From: Candidatus Methylomirabilia bacterium
GTDB lineage: Bacteria; Methylomirabilota; Methylomirabilia; Rokubacteriales; CSP1-6
Assembly: GCA_041497895.1 (NCBI GenBank)
Contig: JBGQHJ010000103.1
Span: forward strand, 1-17,517
Length of the DNA: 17,517 bases
Direction of reading: 5' to 3'
Shown: piece after piece, positions 1 to 7,181 of the stretch
Position numbering within the stretch: the first letter of the stretch is position 1
How the letters are laid out: every line of letters begins with the position of its first letter
Notes under the pieces: model-generated
What the model was told of the DNA's origin: nothing
The model's input: the letters and a program-made list of their open reading frames with translations, nothing else
Databases searched by the model: none
Translations under genes and position numbers: made by a program

Positions 1-473
1 AGGATGATCTTGGGCTCGAGCATCATGGCCCGCGCGATGGCCAGCATCTGCTGCTCGCCCCCGGACAGGGTGCCGCCGAGCTGGTTTCGGCGCTCCCGCA
101 GCACCGGGAAGCTGGCGTAGACCTTGTCGAGCAGCGCGGCCCGGCGCGCCTCGCCGAGACCGGGGCGGTCCAGCCCGGTGCGCAGGTTCTCGAGCACGGA
201 GAGGAGCCGGAAGATCCGCCGGTCCTCGGGAACGTAGGCGATGCCGAGATGCGCCACCCGGTGTGGGGCGATGCCGGTGATGTCACGATCCTCGAACGTG
301 ATGCGCCCCTCCGAGGGCTGGACCAGGCCCATGACGCTCTTGAGCGTGGTGCTCTTGCCCACGCCGTTGCGTCCGAGCAGGCCCACCACCTCGCCCGGCC
401 TCACCTCGACCGACACGCCGTGGAGGATGTGGCTCTTGCCGTAGTACGTGTGGACGTCGGAGAGGCGCAGCAT
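1..473 (-). CDS. Branched-chain amino acid (HAAT)-type ABC transporter ATP-binding protein, LivF-like; 3' end runs off the window
   Basis: Manual translation from ATG at 473-471 (overlaps upstream TGA as TGATG): MLRLSDVHTYYGKSHILHGVSVEVRPGEVVGLLGRNGVGKSTTLKS... Walker A GRNGVGKST, signature LSGGEQQMLAIARA. Absent from the ORF track because no stop lies in the window. Confidence 0.93.
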   Translation of the reverse strand, partial: MLRLSDVHTYYGKSHILHGVSVEVRPGEVVGLLGRNGVGKSTTLKSVMGLVQPSEGRITFEDRDITGIAPHRVAHLGIAYVPEDRRIFRLLSVLENLRTGLDRPGLGEARRAALLDKVYASFPVLRERRNQLGGTLSGGEQQMLAIARAMMLEPKII

Positions 474-1201
474 CAGCTCTTCAGGTAGACCTCTTGCACG
501 CGGGCGTTGGCCTGGATCTCGGCCGGCGTCCCCTCGGCCAGCACCTCTCCGTAGTGGAACACCGTGACCCGGTCCGCCAGCCCCATCACGACCTCCATGT
601 CGTGCTCCACGATCAGGATCGTGAGGTCGCTGGCGATCCGCCGGACGAGCTCGGCGGTGGCGTGGGTCTCGCTGACGCTCATGCCCGCGGTGGGCTCGTC
701 GAGGCACAGGAGCTCGGGCTCGGTCGCGAGCGCGATGGCGATCTCGAGATTTCGCTGCTCGCCGTGGGAGAGATTGGCGGCCAGCTCGCCCTCCTTCTCG
801 CGGAGCCCCACCGAGCCGAGCGCGGCGCGGGCCCGATCGACGAGGTCGCGGTAGCTCAGGTGGTGGCGAAACAGGCTCCAGCTGTGGTGGCGGGACTGGA
901 CGGCGATGCGCGCGTTCTCCAGGACGGTCGCTCCGGGCAGGATGTTGGTGATCTGGTACGACCGCGCGATGCCCTTGTGGGAGATCCGATGGGGGGGCAG
1001 CCCGGCCACGTCCTCGCCGTTCACGTAGATCTGGCCCCCGCTCGGACGGAGCACCCCGGTGACGCAGTTGAAGAACGTGCTCTTGCCGGCCCCGTTGGGG
1101 CCGATGATCGCGCGGATCTCGCCCCGGGGGATCGTGAGGCTGACGTTGTTGACGGCGATGAGGCCCCCGAAGCGCATGGTCAGGCCCTCGGTGCGCAGCA
1201 T
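473..1201 (-). CDS. HAAT-type ABC transporter ATP-binding protein, LivG-like (242 aa)
   Basis: C-terminal part of ORF 473..3154; true start ATG at 1201 (MLRTEGLTMRFGGL). Walker A GPNGAGKST, signature LSHGEQR, Walker B LLCLDEP, H-loop IVEHD, C-terminal VQEVYL. Confidence 0.93.
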   Translation of the reverse strand: MLRTEGLTMRFGGLIAVNNVSLTIPRGEIRAIIGPNGAGKSTFFNCVTGVLRPSGGQIYVNGEDVAGLPPHRISHKGIARSYQITNILPGATVLENARIAVQSRHHSWSLFRHHLSYRDLVDRARAALGSVGLREKEGELAANLSHGEQRNLEIAIALATEPELLCLDEPTAGMSVSETHATAELVRRIASDLTILIVEHDMEVVMGLADRVTVFHYGEVLAEGTPAEIQANARVQEVYLKS

Positions 1202-1210
1202 GGGACCGGT

Positions 1211-1240
1211 GCCCCCCCGGCCCGCGCGGACCGGGGGGGC
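1211..1240. repeat. Strong GC inverted repeat (stem-loop) between binding-protein gene and ATPase gene
   Basis: GCCCCCCCGG-CCCGCGCGGA-CCGGGGGGGC: perfect 10-bp arms, extendable to ~13 bp on the minus-strand transcript with a U-G pair. No U-tract. Confidence 0.8.
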
Positions 1241-1263
1241 GGCGGAAGCTGGATGGTCCGCGG

Positions 1264-2565
1264 TCACGCGCTGAACTTGCAGGCGGCCGGTACCAGGGTC
1301 TTCTCCTTGGGGACGAAGTCGACGATCTTGTAGTTCATGTTCTCGAGCTCGAAGATGAACTCGTTCACGAACGCCTGGTGGTCCTCCTTCCGGAGCGTCT
1401 TGTCCCCCTGCGGGAAGTCGTCCGACTCCTTGACCTCCAGGCCCTCGAGAGCCTCGATCAGCTTCATGCTGTCCTCCCGGCCGCGGAACTTCGAGTTCGC
1501 CATGCCGATCCTCAGCATGTTGATGCCCTCGTAGTTCGACTGCACGAAGCGGTCGGGCAGGGGCCCGCTCGGGTCGATGGCCTTCAGGCGGGTCTTGGCC
1601 TCCTCGAGGAACTTCTTGTGGTAGGGCGTGTTGAGCTTGCCCTGCAGGACCGGCACGTAGCGGTCGACCCCCACGAAGCCGTTGCCCTTGGCGCCGATGG
1701 CGGGCAGGCTCGACGAGACCGCGACCGCGCCGTCGCCCGCGATGCGCGCCTTCTTCGAGATCCCGAGATCGAAGCTCTGGGTCAAGAAGGAGATGCCCTG
1801 CTGCCCGAAGAAGATCCCGAAGATGCCGTCGAAGTTGGGGGTGATCTTGGACAGGAAGGTGGTCATGTCCGAGACGCTCAGCGGGATGCCGGTGGTCCCC
1901 ACGACCTCTCCGCCGTTCTTCTTGATCGCCTCCGCGTAGGCGTCCCGGGTCGACTGGCCCCACGCGTAGTCCGCGAAGGCGAGGTGCCACTTCTTGCCCA
2001 TCTTGTTGACGAGGTACGGGGCGATCGCCACCGCCTGGGACGGCGCGAAGTCGAACGGCCGGAAGGTGTAGCGGCTGCACTTGCTGGTGGTGATCGTGGT
2101 GTCGAGGCACACCGTGATCATGTTGACGACCTTGTGCTCCTCGTACACCGGCATGCACGCGAGGCAGATGTTCGAGAGGTAGCCCCCGGCGTGCACGTCG
2201 ATCTTGTCCTCGAGGATCAGCTTCTCGGTCTTGCGCCGACCTACGTCCGGTTTGGACTCGTCGTCGGCGACCAGGAGCTCGAGGGGGCGGCCGTTGATCC
2301 CGCCGGTCTTGTTGATGTGGTCCACCGCCATCTGCCCGCCCACGAGCGCGGTCTTGCCGCCGGCCGCCGCGGTGCCCGACAGCGGCTGGATCATGCCCAG
2401 CTTGTAGGGCTTGGCCTGGCCGAAGGCGTCCCGCCACGGGGCGGGCACCAGCATGCCGGAGCCGAGTGCGCCGGCCGCGGCCGCGCTCAGGCCGAGCCAC
2501 CGCCGCCGGGTGATCTTGCCGCGGTACCAGAACTCTTCTGCCTGCTCGTTGCCGTGATTGGCCAT
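1264..2565 (-). CDS. ABC transporter substrate-binding protein, LivK/HAAT (periplasmic binding protein type 1) family, with twin-arginine signal (433 aa)
   Basis: C-terminal part of ORF 1264..3588. ATG at 2565 with SD AGGAGG at 2577-2572. Tat-like TRRRWLGLSAAAAGALG; family motifs KLGMIQPLSG, INKTGGINGRPLELLVADDESKP, ADYAWGQS. Confidence 0.9.
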   Translation of the reverse strand: MANHGNEQAEEFWYRGKITRRRWLGLSAAAAGALGSGMLVPAPWRDAFGQAKPYKLGMIQPLSGTAAAGGKTALVGGQMAVDHINKTGGINGRPLELLVADDESKPDVGRRKTEKLILEDKIDVHAGGYLSNICLACMPVYEEHKVVNMITVCLDTTITTSKCSRYTFRPFDFAPSQAVAIAPYLVNKMGKKWHLAFADYAWGQSTRDAYAEAIKKNGGEVVGTTGIPLSVSDMTTFLSKITPNFDGIFGIFFGQQGISFLTQSFDLGISKKARIAGDGAVAVSSSLPAIGAKGNGFVGVDRYVPVLQGKLNTPYHKKFLEEAKTRLKAIDPSGPLPDRFVQSNYEGINMLRIGMANSKFRGREDSMKLIEALEGLEVKESDDFPQGDKTLRKEDHQAFVNEFIFELENMNYKIVDFVPKEKTLVPAACKFSA

Positions 2566-2600
2566 GGAGAGCCTCCTGTTGTTCTGGGTAATCGATGCGC

Positions 2601-3911
2601 TCAGCGAGAAGTTCCCGCGACTGCGGCCAGCGACTCCTCGAAGACCTGGAGCGTGCGGGTGACCTCCGCGTCGGTGTGGACGAGAGAGACGTAGAATTTC
2701 TGCGCCGCCTTGACCACGCCCCGGGTGAGCAGCTCCCGGGTGAAGGTGGCGTGCCGCCCGCGGTCCGCGGTGAGGGTCGCGCGATAGTCGAGGATGGGCC
2801 GGTCGGTGAAGTAGATCTCGAACACCGGCGCCTCGCCGGCCACCTGGGCCGGGAGCCCCGCCCGGCGGGCCGCCGCCTCGAGCCCCTGCACGAGGCGCGT
2901 GCCGGTGGCGAACAGGCGCTCGTAGGCGCCGGGCTTGCGCAGCTCGGCCAGCGTGGCGAGCCCGGCGGCGGCCGCGATCGGGTTGCCGTTGAGCGTGCCC
3001 GCCTGCTGCACGAACTCCCCGGTGCCGTCGAGATCCTGGGAGAAGTGCCGCATGATGTCCCGCCGGCCCGCGACCGCGGCCAGGGGAAAGCCGCCGCCCA
3101 CGATCTTGCCGAAAGCGGCCAGGTCGGGTACCACCCCGTAGTACTCCTGGGCACCGCCGTAGGCGAAGCGGAAGCCGGTGACGATCTCGTCGAAGACCAG
3201 CGGGATGTCGTGCCGCGCGGTGACCGCCCGCACCCCCTGGAGGAAGCCCGGCTGCGGCACGATCAGGCGCTGGAACGGCTCCATGATCACCGCGGCGAGG
3301 TCGTGGTGGTGCGCCTCGATCATCGCCTCGGCCTCGGCGAGGTCGTTGAACGGGGCCACCAGCACCTCGCCCTGGATCGCGTGCGGGATGCCGGCCGAGT
3401 CCGGGGTCGGGGCCGGGAACGCCTTCGGCTCGCGCGGGCCGACGCTCATGAGCGAGTAGTCGTGCACCCCGTGGAAGCCGCCCTCGAACTTGAGGATCTT
3501 GTCCCGCTTGCGATAGGCACGCGCGACGCGGAGCGCGAAGAAGGTCGCCTCGCTGCCGCTGCCGCAGAATCGAACCTGCTCGGCGCACGGCACCGCGCGA
3601 CAGATCTCCTCGGCGAGCGACAGGGTCGGCTCGCTGAGCTGGAAATAGGTCGTGCCCTTGCGGAGCTGCGTCTCGACCGCGGCCACCACCGCGGGATGCG
3701 CGTGGCCGAGCACGAGCGGGCCGCTGCCGAGGATGTAGTCGATGTACTCTCGTCCCGAGAAATCGTAGAGACGGGCGCCCCGGGCTTCCTTGACCACGAA
3801 CGCGAGCTCCTGGGGCGCGTAGTACCCGCCCAGGACGCCTCCCGGGAGGACGCGCATCGCCTTCTGGAGCAGGGCGTCTTCCTCGGGGCTACGACCGGCT
3901 GGACCTGCCAT
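2601..3911 (-). CDS. PLP-dependent class-III aminotransferase, glutamate-1-semialdehyde aminomutase (HemL)-like paralog
   Basis: Motifs GARLYDFSGREYIDY, LGHAHP, SGSEAT, FEGGFHG, FDEIVTGFR, PDLAAFGKIVGGGFP (PLP lysine), GTLNGNP. SD GAGGTGG just upstream of the ATG. Confidence 0.88.
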   Translation of the reverse strand: MAGPAGRSPEEDALLQKAMRVLPGGVLGGYYAPQELAFVVKEARGARLYDFSGREYIDYILGSGPLVLGHAHPAVVAAVETQLRKGTTYFQLSEPTLSLAEEICRAVPCAEQVRFCGSGSEATFFALRVARAYRKRDKILKFEGGFHGVHDYSLMSVGPREPKAFPAPTPDSAGIPHAIQGEVLVAPFNDLAEAEAMIEAHHHDLAAVIMEPFQRLIVPQPGFLQGVRAVTARHDIPLVFDEIVTGFRFAYGGAQEYYGVVPDLAAFGKIVGGGFPLAAVAGRRDIMRHFSQDLDGTGEFVQQAGTLNGNPIAAAAGLATLAELRKPGAYERLFATGTRLVQGLEAAARRAGLPAQVAGEAPVFEIYFTDRPILDYRATLTADRGRHATFTRELLTRGVVKAAQKFYVSLVHTDAEVTRTLQVFEESLAAVAGTSR

Positions 3912-3943
3912 TCCACCTCGCTGAGACGGAGAGATTGGCGGGT

Positions 3944-3972
3944 TTTATACCGTAAAGCCCCGCAGGGCGCAA
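3944..3972 (-). promoter_or_regulatory. Sigma70-type promoter for the aminotransferase/ABC transporter genes
   Basis: Minus strand TTGCGC (3972-3967) - 17 nt - TATAAA (3949-3944), in an AT-richer intergenic patch. Confidence 0.65.
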
Positions 3973-4017
3973 GGGTGCACTTACACTGCCCGCTCGGTGG
4001 GCAGCGGCCCGGCGGAC

Positions 4018-4947
4018 CTAGGAGGAGAGGCCGGAGGCCCGCAGCGCGAGCCGGATGCGGTGACGCTCGTCCTCGGAGACCGGGGTGAGGGGCGGCCGCA
4101 CGTACGCGGCCGGGATCCGGCCCAGGATGGCGAGGGCCTCCTTCATCCGGTTGTGCATGTCCACGAACGGCGGGGCGTAGAACACGCCGACGAGGGGCGC
4201 CATGCGCTCGCTGAGCCGGCGCGCCTCGTCGAGCCGGCCCGCCTGCACCGCCGCGAACAGGGCCGCCTGCAGATCGGCGACCACGCTGCCCATGCCGGAG
4301 ATGCAGCCGTCGGCCCCGAGCGTGAAGCTCGCCATCAGCGACATGGTGAACGAGGACATCACCGCGACCGGGCGCCCGGTCGAGCGCACCGCGCGCAGGT
4401 TCTTCTCGTAGGACACGATCTCGTTGGACCAGTCCTTGACCGCCGCGACGGTGGGGATCTTGCAGAGCTCGGCCAGCGTCTCGGGGCTGTAGCCGATGCC
4501 GGAGGCGGGCGGGTACTCGAAGACCACGAGCGGCAGGTCCACCGCGTCGGCGAGCACCTGGAAGTGGCGCATCACCATGTCCGGCTTGAGCTGCGCGCCC
4601 CACATGAACAGGGTGGGCGGGAAGACCAGCAACCCGGCCGCGCCCGCGGCCTGCGCGTCCCGCGCGAGCTCCACCGCCTCCAGCGTGCCGTCGGAGTAGA
4701 TGCCGGCGACCACCGGCACCTTGCCCGCGACCTCGTCGAGGGCCACGTCGAGCGTACGCCGGCGCTCCTCGCGGGTGAGCGAGGCCACCTCGGCGGCGTG
4801 GCCGTTGGCCACCAGGCCGGTGACGCCCGGCGCGTCCACGAGCCAGCGGAGGTGCTTGCGGTAGGCGGGCTCGTCGATCGCCAGATCGGCGGTGAACGGC
4901 AGGATGTTCGCCGGCATGCAACCGTGGAAGCGCAGCCCGTTGGTCAT
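4018..4947 (-). CDS. Dihydrodipicolinate synthase (DapA/NAL) family class-I aldolase/lyase, non-canonical
   Basis: Family pattern PFTADLAIDE, GLVANGHAAE (position of GTTGE), LTREERR, VPVVAG, Schiff-base Lys in VAAVKDWS, GADGCISG, VRPPL. Confidence 0.85.
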   Translation of the reverse strand: MTNGLRFHGCMPANILPFTADLAIDEPAYRKHLRWLVDAPGVTGLVANGHAAEVASLTREERRRTLDVALDEVAGKVPVVAGIYSDGTLEAVELARDAQAAGAAGLLVFPPTLFMWGAQLKPDMVMRHFQVLADAVDLPLVVFEYPPASGIGYSPETLAELCKIPTVAAVKDWSNEIVSYEKNLRAVRSTGRPVAVMSSFTMSLMASFTLGADGCISGMGSVVADLQAALFAAVQAGRLDEARRLSERMAPLVGVFYAPPFVDMHNRMKEALAILGRIPAAYVRPPLTPVSEDERHRIRLALRASGLSS

Positions 4948-4954
4948 GGGGTCG

Positions 4955-4963
4955 ACCTTAGCA
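4955..4963 (-). promoter_or_regulatory. Extended -10 promoter (TGnTAAGGT), probably giving a leaderless DapA-like mRNA
   Basis: Minus strand TGC-TAAGGT-CGACCCC-ATG: 7 nt between the -10 box and ATG, no SD. Confidence 0.55.
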
Positions 4964-4978
4964 CATGGGGGCGCGCCT

Positions 4979-5656
4979 TCACCACCGGGCCAGCTCGTCG
5001 GCCAGCTCCTTGACCGAGAGGACGCGCGCGTAGGCGCGGCGGACGATGTCGAGCGTGGCCCGCTGGATCTCGGGCCAGAGGGTGGCCACCCCGTCCTCCA
5101 CCACCAGCACGCGGTACTCCCGGTTGAAGCCGCCGATCACGGTGGCCAGCACGCAGATGTCGGTCATGGTCCCGGTGACCACCAGGGTGGTGACGCCCAG
5201 GGCCCGCAGCGCGCCGTCGAGCACGGTGCCGTTGAAGGCGTCGTAGTAGTGCTTGCGCACGACCAGCTCGTCGGCCCTCGGCGCCAGCTCCGCGACGACG
5301 CGCGCGCTCGGGTCTCCTTCGAGGCAGGAGGACGAGGGCAGGCCGAAGCCGGTCGGGGCGCCCGCCGCCGCCGGCCGGTGCTCCGGGTGCAGCTCGCCAA
5401 CCAGGAGCGGCGCGGCGGGCGAGTAGGTGAACTCGGTGAAGACGACCGGCAGGCCCATCTCGCGGAAGATCGCGATCAGCTCCTGGATGCGCGGCACCAC
5501 GTCGCGCGCGGACGGGACCTCCATGGCCTGGCCCGCCTCCACGAACGCGCGCTGCATGTCGACGACGAGGAGCGCGGTGCGCCCGGGATCGAGGGGGAGG
5601 GTGGTGCGGAACAGCTCGTCGCGGTGCAGCGGTCGCTCCTCTACTTCCTTCGGCAT
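4979..5656 (-). CDS. Cysteine hydrolase, isochorismatase/nicotinamidase-like family
   Basis: Catalytic triad Asp (ALLVVDMQ), Lys (VRKHYYDAF), Cys (GTMTDICV). Start uncertain (ATG 5656 or CTG 5629). Confidence 0.88.
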   Translation of the reverse strand: MPKEVEERPLHRDELFRTTLPLDPGRTALLVVDMQRAFVEAGQAMEVPSARDVVPRIQELIAIFREMGLPVVFTEFTYSPAAPLLVGELHPEHRPAAAGAPTGFGLPSSSCLEGDPSARVVAELAPRADELVVRKHYYDAFNGTVLDGALRALGVTTLVVTGTMTDICVLATVIGGFNREYRVLVVEDGVATLWPEIQRATLDIVRRAYARVLSVKELADELARW

Positions 5657-5664
5657 TTTTGGTT

Positions 5665-5696
5665 TGCGCTCGGCTCGCCTTTGGCTGCGCCTCGCA
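5665..5696. repeat. REP-like bulged palindrome in the yraN / hydrolase intergenic region
   Basis: TGCG-CTC-GGC-TC-GCC-TTT-GGC-TGC-GCC-T-CGCA: nested complementary blocks TGCG/CGCA, GGC/GCC, GCC/GGC. Only one copy in the window. Confidence 0.4.
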
Positions 5697-6083
5697 TTAC
5701 CACGCCGACACCGAGAACGCGTTCGGGATGTGGCGGATCGCCTTGACCGCGCCCTCGTCGTTGAAGATCACCGAGACCACGTCGAAGCGGCAGGAGACCT
5801 GCCGCAGCCGCTTCAGCTTGAGGTAGCCGTGGGCGAGCTTGCCGAGCCGGTTCTGCTTGCGGGTGTTGACCGCGGCCTGGGGCGGGTCGCCCTCCATGTC
5901 CCGTCGCGTCTTGACCTCGACGAAGACGAGGGTCTTGCCCTCTCTCGCCACCAGGTCGATCTCGCCCGCGCGGGTGCGGACGTTGCGGTCCAGGATCGCG
6001 AAGCCGCTGCGGGCCAGGAAGCGGGCGGCCTCTTCTTCCCCTCTCTCTCCGGTGACCTTTCGAGTGTCGATGGGCACGTGCAC
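5697..6083 (-). CDS. yraN: YraN family (UPF0102) predicted PD-(D/E)xK endonuclease
   Basis: GERGEEEAARFL...GFAILDRN...GEIDLVAREGKTLVFVEVKTR...CRFDVV...HIPNAF. GTG start with SD AGGAG; canonical position after rnhB. Confidence 0.92.
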   Translation of the reverse strand: MHVPIDTRKVTGERGEEEAARFLARSGFAILDRNVRTRAGEIDLVAREGKTLVFVEVKTRRDMEGDPPQAAVNTRKQNRLGKLAHGYLKLKRLRQVSCRFDVVSVIFNDEGAVKAIRHIPNAFSVSAW

Positions 6084-6111
6084 TACTCCTTGACCGGCAC
6101 GAGATCGCTCA

Positions 6112-6768
6112 TCATGAATCGGCGCCGATCCACTGCAGCTCGCTCCGGGAGAACAGGGCGAGCTGGTTCCAGATCCCGGCGAAGGTGCGGCGGTGGAGCG
6201 GGCAGGGGCCGTGACGCTCCAGCGCGTCCCGGTGCTCCGGGGTCGCGTAGCCCTTGTGGCGGACGAAGCCGTACGCGGGGAACTCCCGGTCGGCCGCGTC
6301 CATGATGCGGTCGCGGGTCACCTTCGCCACGATCGAGGCCGCGGCCACCGAGGCCGAGCGCCGGTCGCCGTCGACGAGATTCCGCTGCGGGCAGCGCAGC
6401 CCGGGCACCTCGACGAAGTCGGTCAGCACCAGGTCCGGCTCCAGCCCGAGGGCCCCCAGGGCCTGGGCCATGGCCAGACGGGTGGCCTGCAGGATGTTGA
6501 TCCGGTCGATCGTGAGGTGATCCACCACCGCGACGCCCACTCCCAGTGCCCTCGCCTGAATGATCTCGAACAGCCGCTCCCGCTCCACGGCGGCCAGGCG
6601 CTTCGAATCGTCCACTCCCGCGATCCGGTCGCCCGGCGCCAGGACCACCGCCGCCGCCACCACCGGCCCGGCGAGCGGCCCACGGCCCGCCTCGTCGACG
6701 CCGGCGAGACGGCTCACCCCCCGCCGCCAGGCGGCACGCTCGAAGCGGTACGGCGCTCCCGGCGCCAC
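6112..6768 (-). CDS. rnhB: Ribonuclease HII
   Basis: AGVDEAGRGPLAGPVVAAAV, DDSKRL, IDRINILQAT, DGDRRSASVAAASIVAKVTRD, YGFVRHKGY, HRRTF. Confidence 0.96.
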   Translation of the reverse strand: MAPGAPYRFERAAWRRGVSRLAGVDEAGRGPLAGPVVAAAVVLAPGDRIAGVDDSKRLAAVERERLFEIIQARALGVGVAVVDHLTIDRINILQATRLAMAQALGALGLEPDLVLTDFVEVPGLRCPQRNLVDGDRRSASVAAASIVAKVTRDRIMDAADREFPAYGFVRHKGYATPEHRDALERHGPCPLHRRTFAGIWNQLALFSRSELQWIGADS

Positions 6769-6777
6769 GTCCCGGTC

Positions 6778-7155
6778 TTAGCTCGACTGCTCGCCCGAAA
6801 CCGGGACCACCGCGACCCGCTTCTCCTTGAGGCGCGCCGCCTTGCCGACCAGGTCGCGGAGGTAGTAGAGCTTCGACCGCCGCACCGTCGCCCGCTTCAT
6901 CACCTGGATCTTGTCGATCCGCGGCGAGTGCACCGGGAACGTGCGCTCCACGCCGACCCCGTAGGAGATGCGCCGGACCGTGAACGAGGCTCCGGTACCG
7001 CCCCCCCGCTTGCGGATGACCACTCCCTCGAACGCCTGCAGTCGCTCCTTCTCGCCCTCGACGACCTTGACCATCACCTTGACGGTGTCCCCGGGCTTGA
7101 AGCCGCCCCGGTCCTTCTTGAGGTCCCCCGCCTCGACGATTCGGATCGCTTCCAT
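6778..7155 (-). CDS. rplS: 50S ribosomal protein L19
   Basis: ATG at 7155 with [56 protein letters not shown]. Confidence 0.97.
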   Translation of the reverse strand: MEAIRIVEAGDLKKDRGGFKPGDTVKVMVKVVEGEKERLQAFEGVVIRKRGGGTGASFTVRRISYGVGVERTFPVHSPRIDKIQVMKRATVRRSKLYYLRDLVGKAARLKEKRVAVVPVSGEQSS

Positions 7156-7181
7156 GATCTGACGCTCCTCGCTTGCTGAAG

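Noticed and set aside
473..3588. Apparent giant proteins 473..3154 (893 aa) and 1264..3588 (774 aa) suggesting fusions
   Set aside because: The N-terminal portions are Arg/Gly/Pro-rich off-frame read-through of upstream genes. The real starts are ATG 1201 and ATG 2565, the latter with an AGGAGG SD.
3446..4921. 491-aa minus-strand ORF bridging the DapA-like and aminotransferase genes
   Set aside because: Off-frame shadow ORF with no motifs, crossing an intergenic region that contains a promoter-like motif and SD.
1211..5696. Hairpins at 1211-1240, 3986-4004 and 5665-5696 as Rho-independent terminators
   Set aside because: None is followed by a U-tract on the transcribed strand, so I did not call them terminators.
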